Shown: positions 40,069-49,600 of the stretch, one piece after another | How positions within the stretch are numbered: position 1 is the first letter of the stretch | How the letters are laid out: every line of letters starts with the position of its first letter | Source: Nitrospirota bacterium | GTDB taxonomy: Bacteria; Nitrospirota; Thermodesulfovibrionia; Thermodesulfovibrionales; JdFR-85 | Reading direction: 5' to 3' | Length of the DNA: 64,000 bases | NCBI GenBank assembly: GCA_015492645.1 | Contig: WGER01000027.1 | Span: 11,396 to 75,395 of the forward strand | Made by a program: the position numbers and the translations under genes | The notes under the pieces: generated by a model | Told to the model about the DNA's origin: nothing | Seen by the model: the letters and a program-made list of their open reading frames with translations, nothing else | Database searches by the model: none

Positions 40069-40254
40069 ATTTCCTCCTTTCAAGTTTATTTTAGTTTAAA
40101 GACCTCTTTACAGTATCTACACTGGACCTGAGTGCCTCTGTTGCCTTTAAACCGCTGGAGTCTCTTACATCTTGGGCATGGACGGTAGGTCCCCCATAGA
40201 CTTGCAATCAAGATACAGTAGTGGGTCATAATGTTAAGGGTAACACAAAGTAAG

Positions 40255-42267
40255 ATGGAAATGGAACTCGAATTCATAAAATCTCTACTGTTTATCTTTG
40301 GGGCATCAGCCATCGTAATTTTTATACTGAATCGCCTGAAGGTACCATCCATTGTCGGCTTTCTTCTGGCCGGCACCATTATGGGTCCTTACGGGATGGG
40401 GCTCTCAAGGGATACCCACCTTATTGAGGTCCTGGCAGAGATAGGCGTTGTCTTTCTCCTCTTTACCATAGGTATTGAATTCTCTCTGGAGAGACTTATA
40501 AAGATGAAAAAGGCTGTGCTGAAGGGTGGTGGGATACAGCTGACCTCCACCATACTGATAGTCAGCCTTCTCTCATATATCATCACCTCCGATCTTAACA
40601 GGTCAATTTTTACAGGCTTCCTCGTGGCCTTGAGCAGTACGGCCATTGTACTGAAACTGCTGGCAGATCAGGGGCAGAGCGATTCACCCCACGGCAGGAT
40701 GATGACAGGTATCCTGATCTTTCAGGACCTCTGCGTGGTGCCGATGATGCTGCTTCTGCCTACATTAGCAGCACAGAGGATTCAACTGACAGAGATGGGA
40801 TTGATGCTCCTGAGGTCGATATTCATAATAGCAGTTGTCCTTATAAGTGCAAGATGGGTGGTGCCCCTGTTGCTGAACCAGATAGTGAAGACGAGGGTGA
40901 GAGAACTCTTTATAATCTCTGTAATCTTTGTCATTTTTGGCATCGCCTTTCTCACCTCTGAGTTCGGTCTCTCTCTCGCTCTTGGTGCCTTTCTGGCTGG
41001 TCTTGTCATATCAGAGTCGGAGTATTCCTATCAGGTCCTATCAGATATAATTCCCCTTAAAGAGATCTTTATGGCGATGTTTCTCGTCTCCATAGGGATG
41101 CTTCTCGATGTGAACTCCCTTGCTCAACACCTCTGGCTTGTATCTGTCTCAGTTATTGCAGTGTCTATAATAAAGGTATCAACGGGATTTCTCTCTGTGC
41201 TCGTTAATGGATATGCTCCAAGGATCGCCCTCCATACAGGTCTGGGACTCTTCCAGGTCGGCGAGTTCTCCTTTGTCCTTGCAGTGGCAGGGAAGGGTCT
41301 CGGTTTAATAACCGAAGAGTTTTATCAGGTCTTTATCTCATCCTCTGTAATCACCATGTTTCTCACACCTATTGTGTTTAAATATGCGCCTTCTGTGTCG
41401 GCCTGGCTTACTTCAAGAAAGGCGCTCAGAAGGCTTGGAGGGGCACATCACTTTTACAGGACAGAAACACGAGCCATCTCTAAAAGGGACCATGTAATAA
41501 TCATAGGCTTTGGGCTCAATGGCAGGAACCTCGCGAGGGTGCTCAGGATGTCTGGTATACCCTATGTGGTCCTGGAGTTAAACATAGATACAGTAACCGA
41601 GATGAAGAAAAAGGGAGAACCCATCTACTATGGTGATGGAACCTCTGTAGAGGTGCTTCATCGACTGGGAATTAAGAGGGCAAGAATGCTGGTTATTGCG
41701 ATCTCTGATCCTGTGGCCACCAGGAGGATAGTCTCAATAGCAAGGCAGGAGAATCCCGAACTCTACATCATTGTGAGGACAAGATACACAATTGAAGTGG
41801 ATGAACTGAGACGGCTTGGAGCAGATGAGGTGATCCCGGAGGAGTTTGAGACATCCATAGAGATATTCTCAAGGGTACTGGCTCATTATAACATCCCGAG
41901 GAACCAGATAGAGGACTTTATTGCCGCGGTCAGGGCTGATAACTACAGTATCCTCCGGGCACCACAACCCATAAAGAGACCCCTTTCTGCAGAACTTGAA
42001 GTATTAAGCAAGATAGAGATAGACAGGTATATGATAAAAGAGGGTTCTGCTATCACAGGACATACCCTTAGAGAACTGAACCTCCGTAACAGGACTGGAG
42101 CCACAGTGATTGCAATCAAAAGGGGTAAAGAGGTGTTGACGAACCCCTCCCCCTCGACAGTCCTTGAAGAAGGTGACATCCTGTGGCTGATTGGCTCAAA
42201 GCAGCAATTGAACAGGGCTGTTGAATACCTCAATACTGAGAGGTTTTTGATAGAAAAGTATCAGTAA
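40255..42267 (+). CDS. CPA2 monovalent cation:proton antiporter with RCK (TrkA-N/TrkA-C) domains, KefB/YbaL-like
   Basis: N-terminal about 12-TM Na+/H+ exchanger domain (PSIVGFLLAGTIMGP), Rossmann IIIGFGLNGR, and a C-terminal TrkA-C. Start is 40231, 40255 or 40261. Confidence 0.88.
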   Translation: MEMELEFIKSLLFIFGASAIVIFILNRLKVPSIVGFLLAGTIMGPYGMGLSRDTHLIEVLAEIGVVFLLFTIGIEFSLERLIKMKKAVLKGGGIQLTSTILIVSLLSYIITSDLNRSIFTGFLVALSSTAIVLKLLADQGQSDSPHGRMMTGILIFQDLCVVPMMLLLPTLAAQRIQLTEMGLMLLRSIFIIAVVLISARWVVPLLLNQIVKTRVRELFIISVIFVIFGIAFLTSEFGLSLALGAFLAGLVISESEYSYQVLSDIIPLKEIFMAMFLVSIGMLLDVNSLAQHLWLVSVSVIAVSIIKVSTGFLSVLVNGYAPRIALHTGLGLFQVGEFSFVLAVAGKGLGLITEEFYQVFISSSVITMFLTPIVFKYAPSVSAWLTSRKALRRLGGAHHFYRTETRAISKRDHVIIIGFGLNGRNLARVLRMSGIPYVVLELNIDTVTEMKKKGEPIYYGDGTSVEVLHRLGIKRARMLVIAISDPVATRRIVSIARQENPELYIIVRTRYTIEVDELRRLGADEVIPEEFETSIEIFSRVLAHYNIPRNQIEDFIAAVRADNYSILRAPQPIKRPLSAELEVLSKIEIDRYMIKEGSAITGHTLRELNLRNRTGATVIAIKRGKEVLTNPSPSTVLEEGDILWLIGSKQQLNRAVEYLNTERFLIEKYQ

Positions 42268-42297
42268 TCCTTAATACAGAATTGATAAAATATCAAA

Positions 42298-43188
42298 ATG
42301 AAGACAACAGTTGTAACAGGGATGCTTGGTGCAGGCAAGACCTCTTTTATCCAGCACTATCTCAGAAATGCAAAAGAAAGGGTGGTTGTTCTTGTGAATG
42401 ATTTTGGGAAGGCAGGTGTGGACGGTGAAATACTGTCTCAGGGCTCTGCAGATGTGATCGAACTACCCAGTGGATGCGTCTGCTGCACCCTCAGGTTTGA
42501 CCTGATGGGCACTCTAAACAGAGTGTTGAACGATTTAGACCCTGAACACCTCATAATTGAGCCGAGCGGAGTCGCCTCTCCATCAGGTGTGATTGGAGCA
42601 TTGAGAGAGACGGGTATCACCAGATACGCGATTGTAACCATCGTCGATCCTGTTGATTTTCTGGATTTCTACGACTCAGAGATGTGGGGGAGGTTTCTTG
42701 AAGATCAGATTGAAAGAGCGGACATCTTACTTATAAATAAGACAGACATCGCTCCTGAGGCATCGGTTAGCAGGACCCGCCTGATCCTGGAGAGGTTGAA
42801 TCAAGAGGCTGTAATATTTGAGACCACCTATTCACGAATTGAGTACCCCATCACAATCCAGAAGACCGCTTCCTTTCACCACAGAGTCCACCCTCAAATA
42901 CCTCTGGAGACCTATACCCTTACCTTTGAAGATCCTCTATCATACAGAAGGCTTATAGAATTCCTGGATGAAATCTCTGGTGGCAGGTTTGGTTTTATTA
43001 TAAGGGCTAAGGGGCTTGTAAAGACTGACAGGGGTATCTATCGGATTGATTATGCCTCAGGTCAGATAAACATTGAGACCTTCCCATCTCCCATATCAGA
43101 GGCCCGGACTGTGATGATTGGTAATGGACTCCAGATCTCTGAGATCGAGAACTTCTTCGTTTCACCCCGCGATGATCAAGGATTCTGA
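42298..43188 (+). CDS. CobW/COG0523-family G3E GTPase (metallochaperone)
   Basis: GMLGAGKTSFI P-loop, metal motif GCVCCT, LINKTD. Confidence 0.85.
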   Translation: MKTTVVTGMLGAGKTSFIQHYLRNAKERVVVLVNDFGKAGVDGEILSQGSADVIELPSGCVCCTLRFDLMGTLNRVLNDLDPEHLIIEPSGVASPSGVIGALRETGITRYAIVTIVDPVDFLDFYDSEMWGRFLEDQIERADILLINKTDIAPEASVSRTRLILERLNQEAVIFETTYSRIEYPITIQKTASFHHRVHPQIPLETYTLTFEDPLSYRRLIEFLDEISGGRFGFIIRAKGLVKTDRGIYRIDYASGQINIETFPSPISEARTVMIGNGLQISEIENFFVSPRDDQGF

Positions 43189-43235
43189 TTCACCTGATTG
43201 GCCTTACCCTTGTAATGCCTCTATCAAATCAAAAA

Positions 43236-43976
43236 TCATATTTCAATTACATCTCCCTTCTTCAACAGTCTAAATGGTACAGAGAGAAATGAACCAAGTT
43301 CTCCCTCTATCACCTTACTAAACAGGGGTTTCATATGAGTTATATATAACATCCCGGGCCTGATTTTGTGCCTCTGGAGGGCCTCTCCAAGCAGACCAGG
43401 GGTCAGATGGCCTGAACGGATGGCTACCTGTCGCATCTGCTCCGGAAAACTCACCTCCACGATGATATGTCTTACATCCCTGTTTTTCACCTCTGTCCAG
43501 AACTCATCTGTTGGCCCTGTGTCTGCTGTGAAGGCGAGATGGTCCGTCCCCTCTCTGCCTATAATATATCCAGATGTAGGAACAGAGTGTTCCATCTCGA
43601 CTGGTTGCACTGTCCATTGAGAGATCCTCTCCTGCAGACCAGTTTTCAGTTCTACAAATCTCAGCAGAGGTGTGGATTCTGAAGGTATGTGGGTGAAGTC
43701 TGGCCAGATCAGGTCATTAAAGATGTGTTCCCTGAGCATCTGGATGGTGAATCTGTTGCTGTAGACGGTGAGTGGTCTGATCTGGTGATTGGTGAGCCTG
43801 TATTCAAGGAGAATGGGCAGGTCCCTGATATGGTCTATATGGCAGTGGGTGAGCAGGATATGTCTGACCCTGTTCACGCACTCCAGATCAACAGAGTCCA
43901 CAACAGAGCCCGCATCAAGAAGCATCTCTGAATTAATTAGAAAGGCGGTCAGGTTGCCGAGGACCTTCAAGGTCAT
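43236..43976 (-). CDS. metallo-beta-lactamase-fold class-II-like 3',5'-cyclic-nucleotide phosphodiesterase
   Basis: THCHIDHIRDLP (HxHxDH motif) in a 246-aa MBL-type protein, adjacent to cNMP genes. Confidence 0.65.
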   Translation of the reverse strand: MTLKVLGNLTAFLINSEMLLDAGSVVDSVDLECVNRVRHILLTHCHIDHIRDLPILLEYRLTNHQIRPLTVYSNRFTIQMLREHIFNDLIWPDFTHIPSESTPLLRFVELKTGLQERISQWTVQPVEMEHSVPTSGYIIGREGTDHLAFTADTGPTDEFWTEVKNRDVRHIIVEVSFPEQMRQVAIRSGHLTPGLLGEALQRHKIRPGMLYITHMKPLFSKVIEGELGSFLSVPFRLLKKGDVIEI

Positions 43977-43984
43977 GCCATTAA

Positions 43985-44758
43985 TTACTTTCTTGATTTG
44001 TAAAGGTCATAGAGGTACTTCAGTATTAGTGGTTCCCTCTGAATCATCTCCTCCAGCAGGTCCGGTGTGAGGGTGAGGAGTGATGTCTCTGTAAGACTCA
44101 CAACTGAGGCGGTCCTTGGGTTGAGGGTCACAAAGGCGATCTCGCCAAAGAGATCACCTTCCTGCAGTACTGCAAGACGGATCTCCCTGTCCTGGATATA
44201 GGTCTTCACCTCCACAGAGCCACTCACTATGATATAGACTGTCCTGTCCATCTCTCCCTCTCTTATAATCCGATGTCCCGGAGGGAAGGTAACCATCTCT
44301 GCCTTTCTGAGCAGTTCTACCACACCATCGCTACGGAAGGGGGGTGGCAGTAGTTCTGAACGGAGAAACTCCTCTCTCAGTTGTTCCAGGGTCTCTGCCT
44401 CTGTTGACAGGGACTCTGGTGCTGGCCTGAACGTTTCATCTGTCTGGAGTTCGAGAAGGAGGTCCGTCATCTCTCTCTGCACCTCAAGGTCATAGGGCTT
44501 TATGGAAAGTATCCTCTTCAGTGTAAGGATCGCCTTTTCATACATCTGTTGTGTCTTGTAGAGGTTCACAGCCTTTCTGTAGGCATTAACCGCTGCCTCT
44601 AAGTTACGCTTCTTCTGGAAGAAGTCGCCAAGTTTCAGAAAATGGGTGGGATCATCAGGTTCCTCCCTCACAAGAGAATTTACCATCTGGATTGCACTGT
44701 CCCAGTCTTTGTTGCTGAGGGAGTCGAAGAGAAATCTCCAGTCTCTCTCAGAAGCCAT
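43985..44758 (-). CDS. TPR plus cyclic-nucleotide-binding domain protein
   Basis: N-terminal TPR-like repeats. C-terminal cNMP-binding cassette (GDLFGEIAFVTLNPRTASVVS). Confidence 0.8.
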   Translation of the reverse strand: MASERDWRFLFDSLSNKDWDSAIQMVNSLVREEPDDPTHFLKLGDFFQKKRNLEAAVNAYRKAVNLYKTQQMYEKAILTLKRILSIKPYDLEVQREMTDLLLELQTDETFRPAPESLSTEAETLEQLREEFLRSELLPPPFRSDGVVELLRKAEMVTFPPGHRIIREGEMDRTVYIIVSGSVEVKTYIQDREIRLAVLQEGDLFGEIAFVTLNPRTASVVSLTETSLLTLTPDLLEEMIQREPLILKYLYDLYKSRK

Positions 44759-44832
44759 ATTAGATGATAAGTATAGACATTTTAAAAAGTCAACTCACTC
44801 CTCGGTAAATGCCGATAGAATCTCAATCAAAA

Positions 44833-44851
44833 CTCTGACTTCCGACTTCAG
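44833..44851 (-). repeat. reverse-strand copy of the heptamer motif
   Basis: The reverse complement ctgaagtcggaagtcagag contains the 17-mer gaagtcggaagtcagag found at 190-206. Confidence 0.7.
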
Positions 44852-45019
44852 TCCAGCGACACCTCAAGTACCGTGGCAGATGTAACAACCTTCATCTTTC
44901 GCCCCTTCCCTACCCCTTGAAGGGGAGGTGTAGAGAGGGGGCTATCGCATTAATTCAGTTTTCTGCCCCGGATATCAAAGATTGAGACAACCCCCGCACC
45001 TTTAGATTTTAATGGCAAA

Positions 45020-46918
45020 TTAGGGAATCCTTATACTATACAGATTGATGGGGTTATCTCTGCCTCTCACCTTCACCATACCCACTTCTGTTACCTCAGC
45101 CATCTCCGTAAGTTTTGTTAGGAACTCCTTACTGAGTCGGTTGTATGTAAACTCTGACAGGAGGATGTCCGATTGGTACCTTCTGGTGAGGTCCTGTATA
45201 CGGGAGGCGAGGTTTACATGGTCTCCAATCACGGTGTAGTCCATCTTTTTGTCTTCTGATCCGATATTGCCCACCACCACCTCACCTGTGTTTATCCCTA
45301 TACCTGCCTCTAATTTGGGTTTTCCCTCTGTATGGAACCTCTTCTGCAGGAGTTTGAGCCTCTTTATCATATCTATAGCGCACCTGACAGCCATCTCTGG
45401 GTGTTCGGGCTGGATGATCGGTGCCCCCCAGAAGGCCATGATCTCATCCCCAACGAACTTGTCAAGTGTGCCATCGTGGTGAAATATCACCTCTGACATC
45501 TCCTTGAAGTATTCATTCAACAGGGAGACCACCTCCTCAGGGGAGAGTTTTTCAGACAGGGTGGTGAACCCCTTCAGGTCAGAAAAGAGCACCGTCACCT
45601 CCTGTCTTACCCCGCCGAGTTTAACCGCATCGGGAGACTCAATCAGACGCTGTACGATCTTTGGTGAGACGTACCTTGAAAATATCCGTCTGATCTGGCG
45701 TTGCCTCCTCTCCTCTAGCAGATACCTGTAAACTATCATACCGCCTCCCTGCAGTATCACTGTACCCATCGGATACAGCAGGTTAAGCCTCCAGTTGAGT
45801 ACGCAGAAGGCGAAGAGGTTGACTGTTAGCACCGTTGTAGAAATACCAAGCAGTGTGAGGAGTGTCCTTCGAGCCCCTGTGGGCCTTATAATCATGCCCG
45901 TTAGTCCAGAAAGTATTATAAAGATTACATTAAATAACCTGGGGGCCTCCTTCATGAGTCCGCCAGACAGGATATTAGAGACCACCGTGGCGTTCTTCTC
46001 AACCCCTGGCATGTTTGCAGAAAAGGGTGTTATCACCATATCATACAGTGTGAGTGCGGTCACCCCTATCAGGACAACTTTCCCCTTCAGGGCCTCCAGG
46101 GGGACCTCTCCCTCAAGCACCCTGTGGGCCGGGATGTAGGGGAAGGTCCCTTCCTTGCCAATGTAATTTATAAGGAGCCTGCCGTAAGGGTCTGTGGGGA
46201 TAAACCTTCCAGCCACCTCAACACCCCATCCCCCTGTAACCCTTATTGAATCAGGTGGCTCTCCGGAGGCCACTCTTGCCACCTGCAGTGAAAATGATGG
46301 GATCAGTTCCTCTCCATACCTGATGTAGAGATACTCCCATCTCCTCTTGCCGTCCCTGTCAGGCATACTATAGACATGTCCGAAGATCAGCGAATCAAGG
46401 ATATCCTCCGGTGGTAGAAGGCATCTGTATGCATCAGGCGCCCTTAGCAGACTGTACTCCTTCACCATCTTTACTGTGCTCTTTGATAGGACCTCAGGTA
46501 CAGTCCCTCTGAAGGTCTTGCCCTGCTGGACCTCACAGCCTAAGGCAAGGACGGCCCTGTCTCTGTAATGGGAGAGGACCTCACCGAGACGCCTGTCAGA
46601 CAGAGGTGATTCAGGTTCTCCATAGATGATATCGATACCCACGGCCCTGGGGCCTGTCCGGAGGACCTCCTCTAAAAGCCTCGCCTGCAATTGTCTCGGC
46701 CATGGCCACCTACCATATCTCTTCAGTGACTCCTCATCGACCGCCACAATCACAATATCTTCGGGTACTTCAGGTGGGTAGATGAGGTTTCTCATCCTGA
46801 ACCTGATGTCTGTAAGTAGCCCCTCTAAATGATCATTCAGGAGGGGAATATTGAGTAGAAAGAGAGAGGACATCAAAAGTATAAAAATGAGGTGGCCTGA
46901 TATCTCCCGTCTCCTCAT
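45020..46918 (-). CDS. CHASE2-sensor class III adenylate/guanylate cyclase
   Basis: N-terminal TM plus periplasmic CHASE2-like region, a three-TM block, then the cyclase domain (VTVLFSDLKGFTTLSE, FVGDEIMAFWGAP, GINTGEVVVGNIG). Confidence 0.9.
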   Translation of the reverse strand: MRRREISGHLIFILLMSSLFLLNIPLLNDHLEGLLTDIRFRMRNLIYPPEVPEDIVIVAVDEESLKRYGRWPWPRQLQARLLEEVLRTGPRAVGIDIIYGEPESPLSDRRLGEVLSHYRDRAVLALGCEVQQGKTFRGTVPEVLSKSTVKMVKEYSLLRAPDAYRCLLPPEDILDSLIFGHVYSMPDRDGKRRWEYLYIRYGEELIPSFSLQVARVASGEPPDSIRVTGGWGVEVAGRFIPTDPYGRLLINYIGKEGTFPYIPAHRVLEGEVPLEALKGKVVLIGVTALTLYDMVITPFSANMPGVEKNATVVSNILSGGLMKEAPRLFNVIFIILSGLTGMIIRPTGARRTLLTLLGISTTVLTVNLFAFCVLNWRLNLLYPMGTVILQGGGMIVYRYLLEERRQRQIRRIFSRYVSPKIVQRLIESPDAVKLGGVRQEVTVLFSDLKGFTTLSEKLSPEEVVSLLNEYFKEMSEVIFHHDGTLDKFVGDEIMAFWGAPIIQPEHPEMAVRCAIDMIKRLKLLQKRFHTEGKPKLEAGIGINTGEVVVGNIGSEDKKMDYTVIGDHVNLASRIQDLTRRYQSDILLSEFTYNRLSKEFLTKLTEMAEVTEVGMVKVRGRDNPINLYSIRIP

Positions 46919-47316
46919 TTAATCGGGGTGGGTTCTATCCTCTCCATAGAGATGACCAGGTTTACCTCGTCTTCCAGCAGGTCTACCACTGTGTCGCCTT
47001 TAAAGATGATAAGGCCCTCCTGGTCAATGGCGAGGGCGATGAAGTGCCTCCCGAGACCCTTTGGCACCAGAATAGAGGTCCTGAATTCCTGGGTCGGCTC
47101 TACAATCTCGAAGGCCTCCTCTATGGTGGGCATATCAGGGGCCTCCACTATTATCTGGATGAGTGAGACCTCGGGGGGCACCGCTGAGGCGATCCTCTCT
47201 CCTCCTGTCTCTGTGCTGAAGGACAGATACACCCTTGAGTAGAGGGACTCATCCATCCCTCCTCCGCAGGAGGCGAGGACCAGGGCAACCACTACACTGA
47301 ACAGAAATACCCTCAC
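46915..47316 (-). CDS. small lipoprotein, unknown function
   Basis: Lipobox LVLASCGG. Translationally coupled on both sides (4-nt overlaps). Confidence 0.5.
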   Translation of the reverse strand: MRVFLFSVVVALVLASCGGGMDESLYSRVYLSFSTETGGERIASAVPPEVSLIQIIVEAPDMPTIEEAFEIVEPTQEFRTSILVPKGLGRHFIALAIDQEGLIIFKGDTVVDLLEDEVNLVISMERIEPTPIK

Positions 47317-48077
47317 TGGACCTCCTGCTCGGGAAAGACTATCTTTATTCCAACCCTTGTGAATTCAGAAGGCGGCCCCTGCCAGAGATGTCTCCTCACC
47401 CTTGGTGGTAGAGGGCCCAGTCTGGGAAAGTCCGGTCCCCTCGGAGGCCTTCCCCTCAGTTTGACCCTTCCGACTGCCTCTGTCCTCTTCATCAATGGCC
47501 TCAGTCTCAGGACAGGCTCCTTTACCAGTGCCGGTGGGTTAGTGTCTTTTATAATCGATGTCTGTCCCTTTCTGATAATCATTTCAGGCCCGCCTGCTAT
47601 GTTTCTTAACCGTACCTCACCATCAATTACATGCACAAAGGTGCTGGTTGAGGTCTCGTCTACCCAGAGCACAAACCTTGTCCCCCTGACACCAACCAAT
47701 GCCGTGGGTGTATGTATCTGCATATCAGAGTTGCCCACAAACACCCTGAGCATGCCCCTCAGGAGCCGGAATACCGCCCTTGAGCGTCCCCTCTCAGCAC
47801 TGTAGAGATACTCCTTCACCACCAGTTTGCTCATCTCTGATAGGTTTAATACGCTGTCGTCCACAAAATAGAGTTTTGTACCTGAGGCCCTTCCCGTCTC
47901 AACTGTATCCAGTAGAAAGAGGGGACTCTCGGGCCGGGCCCTCTTCCTTTCTGTCTCCCTCAATATAAAGACATCCCTCTTCACAGTAAGCACCTTTCCT
48001 GCCTGTCTGGAGGCGGTGCCCACTTCAGGCAGGGTTATAATTGCCACCATAGATATAAGAACCAAGACCCTCCTCAC
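47313..48077 (-). CDS. FecR-domain periplasmic protein
   Basis: Signal peptide, then a FecR-like beta-rich region (GKVLTVKRDVFILRE ... VGVRGTRFVLWV). Confidence 0.65.
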   Translation of the reverse strand: MRRVLVLISMVAIITLPEVGTASRQAGKVLTVKRDVFILRETERKRARPESPLFLLDTVETGRASGTKLYFVDDSVLNLSEMSKLVVKEYLYSAERGRSRAVFRLLRGMLRVFVGNSDMQIHTPTALVGVRGTRFVLWVDETSTSTFVHVIDGEVRLRNIAGGPEMIIRKGQTSIIKDTNPPALVKEPVLRLRPLMKRTEAVGRVKLRGRPPRGPDFPRLGPLPPRVRRHLWQGPPSEFTRVGIKIVFPEQEVQ

Positions 48078-49381
48078 AGTACCTCCATCCTCAGTGTTAG
48101 AGAGGTTATGTTCCTTTTATAGTCAAATATACTGATGTTTGATATATTACGGCTGTAGTAATTCTGAAGGATAATAGAGAGGTGACGATTGAGGTTATAG
48201 AGTAGATGGAGAGAGAACTCGTGGAGTTCGTCTCGCCTCTTCCTGTTTACAGAGGGGAAGACCCCCCTGAAGTGGCTCTTATTAAGGTCGTATTCAAACC
48301 CGATGCTCCCCCAGTTCAGGTGGTAAAGGAGAAGACCGCCTACCGAGTAACCGTTGTAATCCCAGTAGTCCTCTTTTGTGCGCGTCCACTCATAGGCACC
48401 AGAGAGTAATATCTGGAGTCTGTCCGGAGTAAAGGAGACCTCTGCAGTAAAGGTGTTTTTATGGCCAGACCTGAGGGAGTTGTCCCTGAACAGGGGGCTG
48501 TCCCAGTACCTCAACTCCTGATATTCATAGGTGACGGAGGGAGATACTGAACGGGTGGGGATGCCGCTGATATTGGTATAAAAGGTGTGACTTCTTCCAT
48601 AGGCCCTGCCCTTGAATCTTGAATACTCCAGGGCATATCCGGTCTCCATTACGAGAGAATCGCTCATCCTCCACTGTACAGAGGGGTTGAGTCTCTGATA
48701 GGTGATATTGAATCTGGTCAGTTCTTCTCTGCGGTGGAGGCTCTGGTAGAGGTTGTATCTGGTGAGGACCCTGAAATTGTTGATGGAAAAGAGCCTCAGG
48801 TGAGAGTCAATATTGAAGACACCCTTGATGTCTTCTCTGTCAGGGGCCTCTATGGGCGGGTTTCTGGGCTCCAGCACCACATTCGTGTCGTACTGTACAG
48901 AGGCAGAAACGGTCAGACCGATTGGAGGAGGCTCACAGAGGCTGAGTATGTCTTCAGCGGTCTGTCTTACTGCATTATCTTCAGATCTAAGCAGGCCTCT
49001 AAGCCTCTCTGTAGCCCTTCTGCACTCACCCCTGTAGGTGTAGAGTCTGCCGAGTTCCAGGGATATATACTCGTTTTCACCTGTTAATTCCTCTGCCTTC
49101 CTGAGCAGGTCCTCTGCATCTCTGTATAGCCCCATCCTGCTATAGGCGATGCCTAAATAGTAGATGGCCTCCGGGTTGTCAGGTTCCTGAACAATCGCAT
49201 CCTCAAGGAGTTGTCTTGCCCTGTCGAATTCCCCTCTGTTCAGGGCCTCTATACCACGGGCTATCAGCACCTCTACCTCAGGAGTCCTTTCTGCTACCAC
49301 AGTGGAAGCAGAAAGGACCAGAAAGAGAAAGAGTAGCCACCAGATGTTTCTATTACATTTTTTACCTGAGGTTCCCCTCAT
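48074..49381 (-). CDS. TPR-containing outer-membrane beta-barrel protein (DUF560/Slam-like architecture)
   Basis: Signal peptide, two or three TPRs (AIYYLGIAYSRMGLYRDAEDLLRKA), then alternating beta-strand pattern starting near VQYDTNV. Confidence 0.55.
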   Translation of the reverse strand: MRGTSGKKCNRNIWWLLFLFLVLSASTVVAERTPEVEVLIARGIEALNRGEFDRARQLLEDAIVQEPDNPEAIYYLGIAYSRMGLYRDAEDLLRKAEELTGENEYISLELGRLYTYRGECRRATERLRGLLRSEDNAVRQTAEDILSLCEPPPIGLTVSASVQYDTNVVLEPRNPPIEAPDREDIKGVFNIDSHLRLFSINNFRVLTRYNLYQSLHRREELTRFNITYQRLNPSVQWRMSDSLVMETGYALEYSRFKGRAYGRSHTFYTNISGIPTRSVSPSVTYEYQELRYWDSPLFRDNSLRSGHKNTFTAEVSFTPDRLQILLSGAYEWTRTKEDYWDYNGYSVGGLLLYHLNWGSIGFEYDLNKSHFRGVFPSVNRKRRDELHEFSLHLLYNLNRHLSIILQNYYSRNISNISIFDYKRNITSLTLRMEVL

Positions 49382-49503
49382 CTCGGATTGTCTTGTCCAT
49401 ATAACTCCTTACCTGACCATCAAACCGTCATGGACCTCATAAATTATAAAGGTTTTTATGACAAAATTCAAATCAATGAACTACTCTGTAAATTGCCTGT
49501 TGT

Positions 49504-49537
49504 CCTTCGCCTATCGCCTCTTGCCTCTTTGCCTCTG
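49504..49537. repeat. short tandem 7-8-nt repeat (tcgccta tcgcctc ttgcctc tttgcctc)
   Basis: Read directly from the sequence. Lies in the intergenic region upstream of reverse gyrase. Confidence 0.6.
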
Positions 49538-49600
49538 AACCAGTACTTAATGTCGCAGGGGAATTGATAATCTCCCATCCACAACCTTATACTATCACTG

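Noticed and set aside
40086-40379. The 97-aa minus-strand ORF overlapping the start of the kefB-like gene.
   Set aside because: Its N-terminal two thirds is antisense to the first TM helices of the antiporter. Only the C-terminal zinc-ribbon part is reported, as a low-interest finding.
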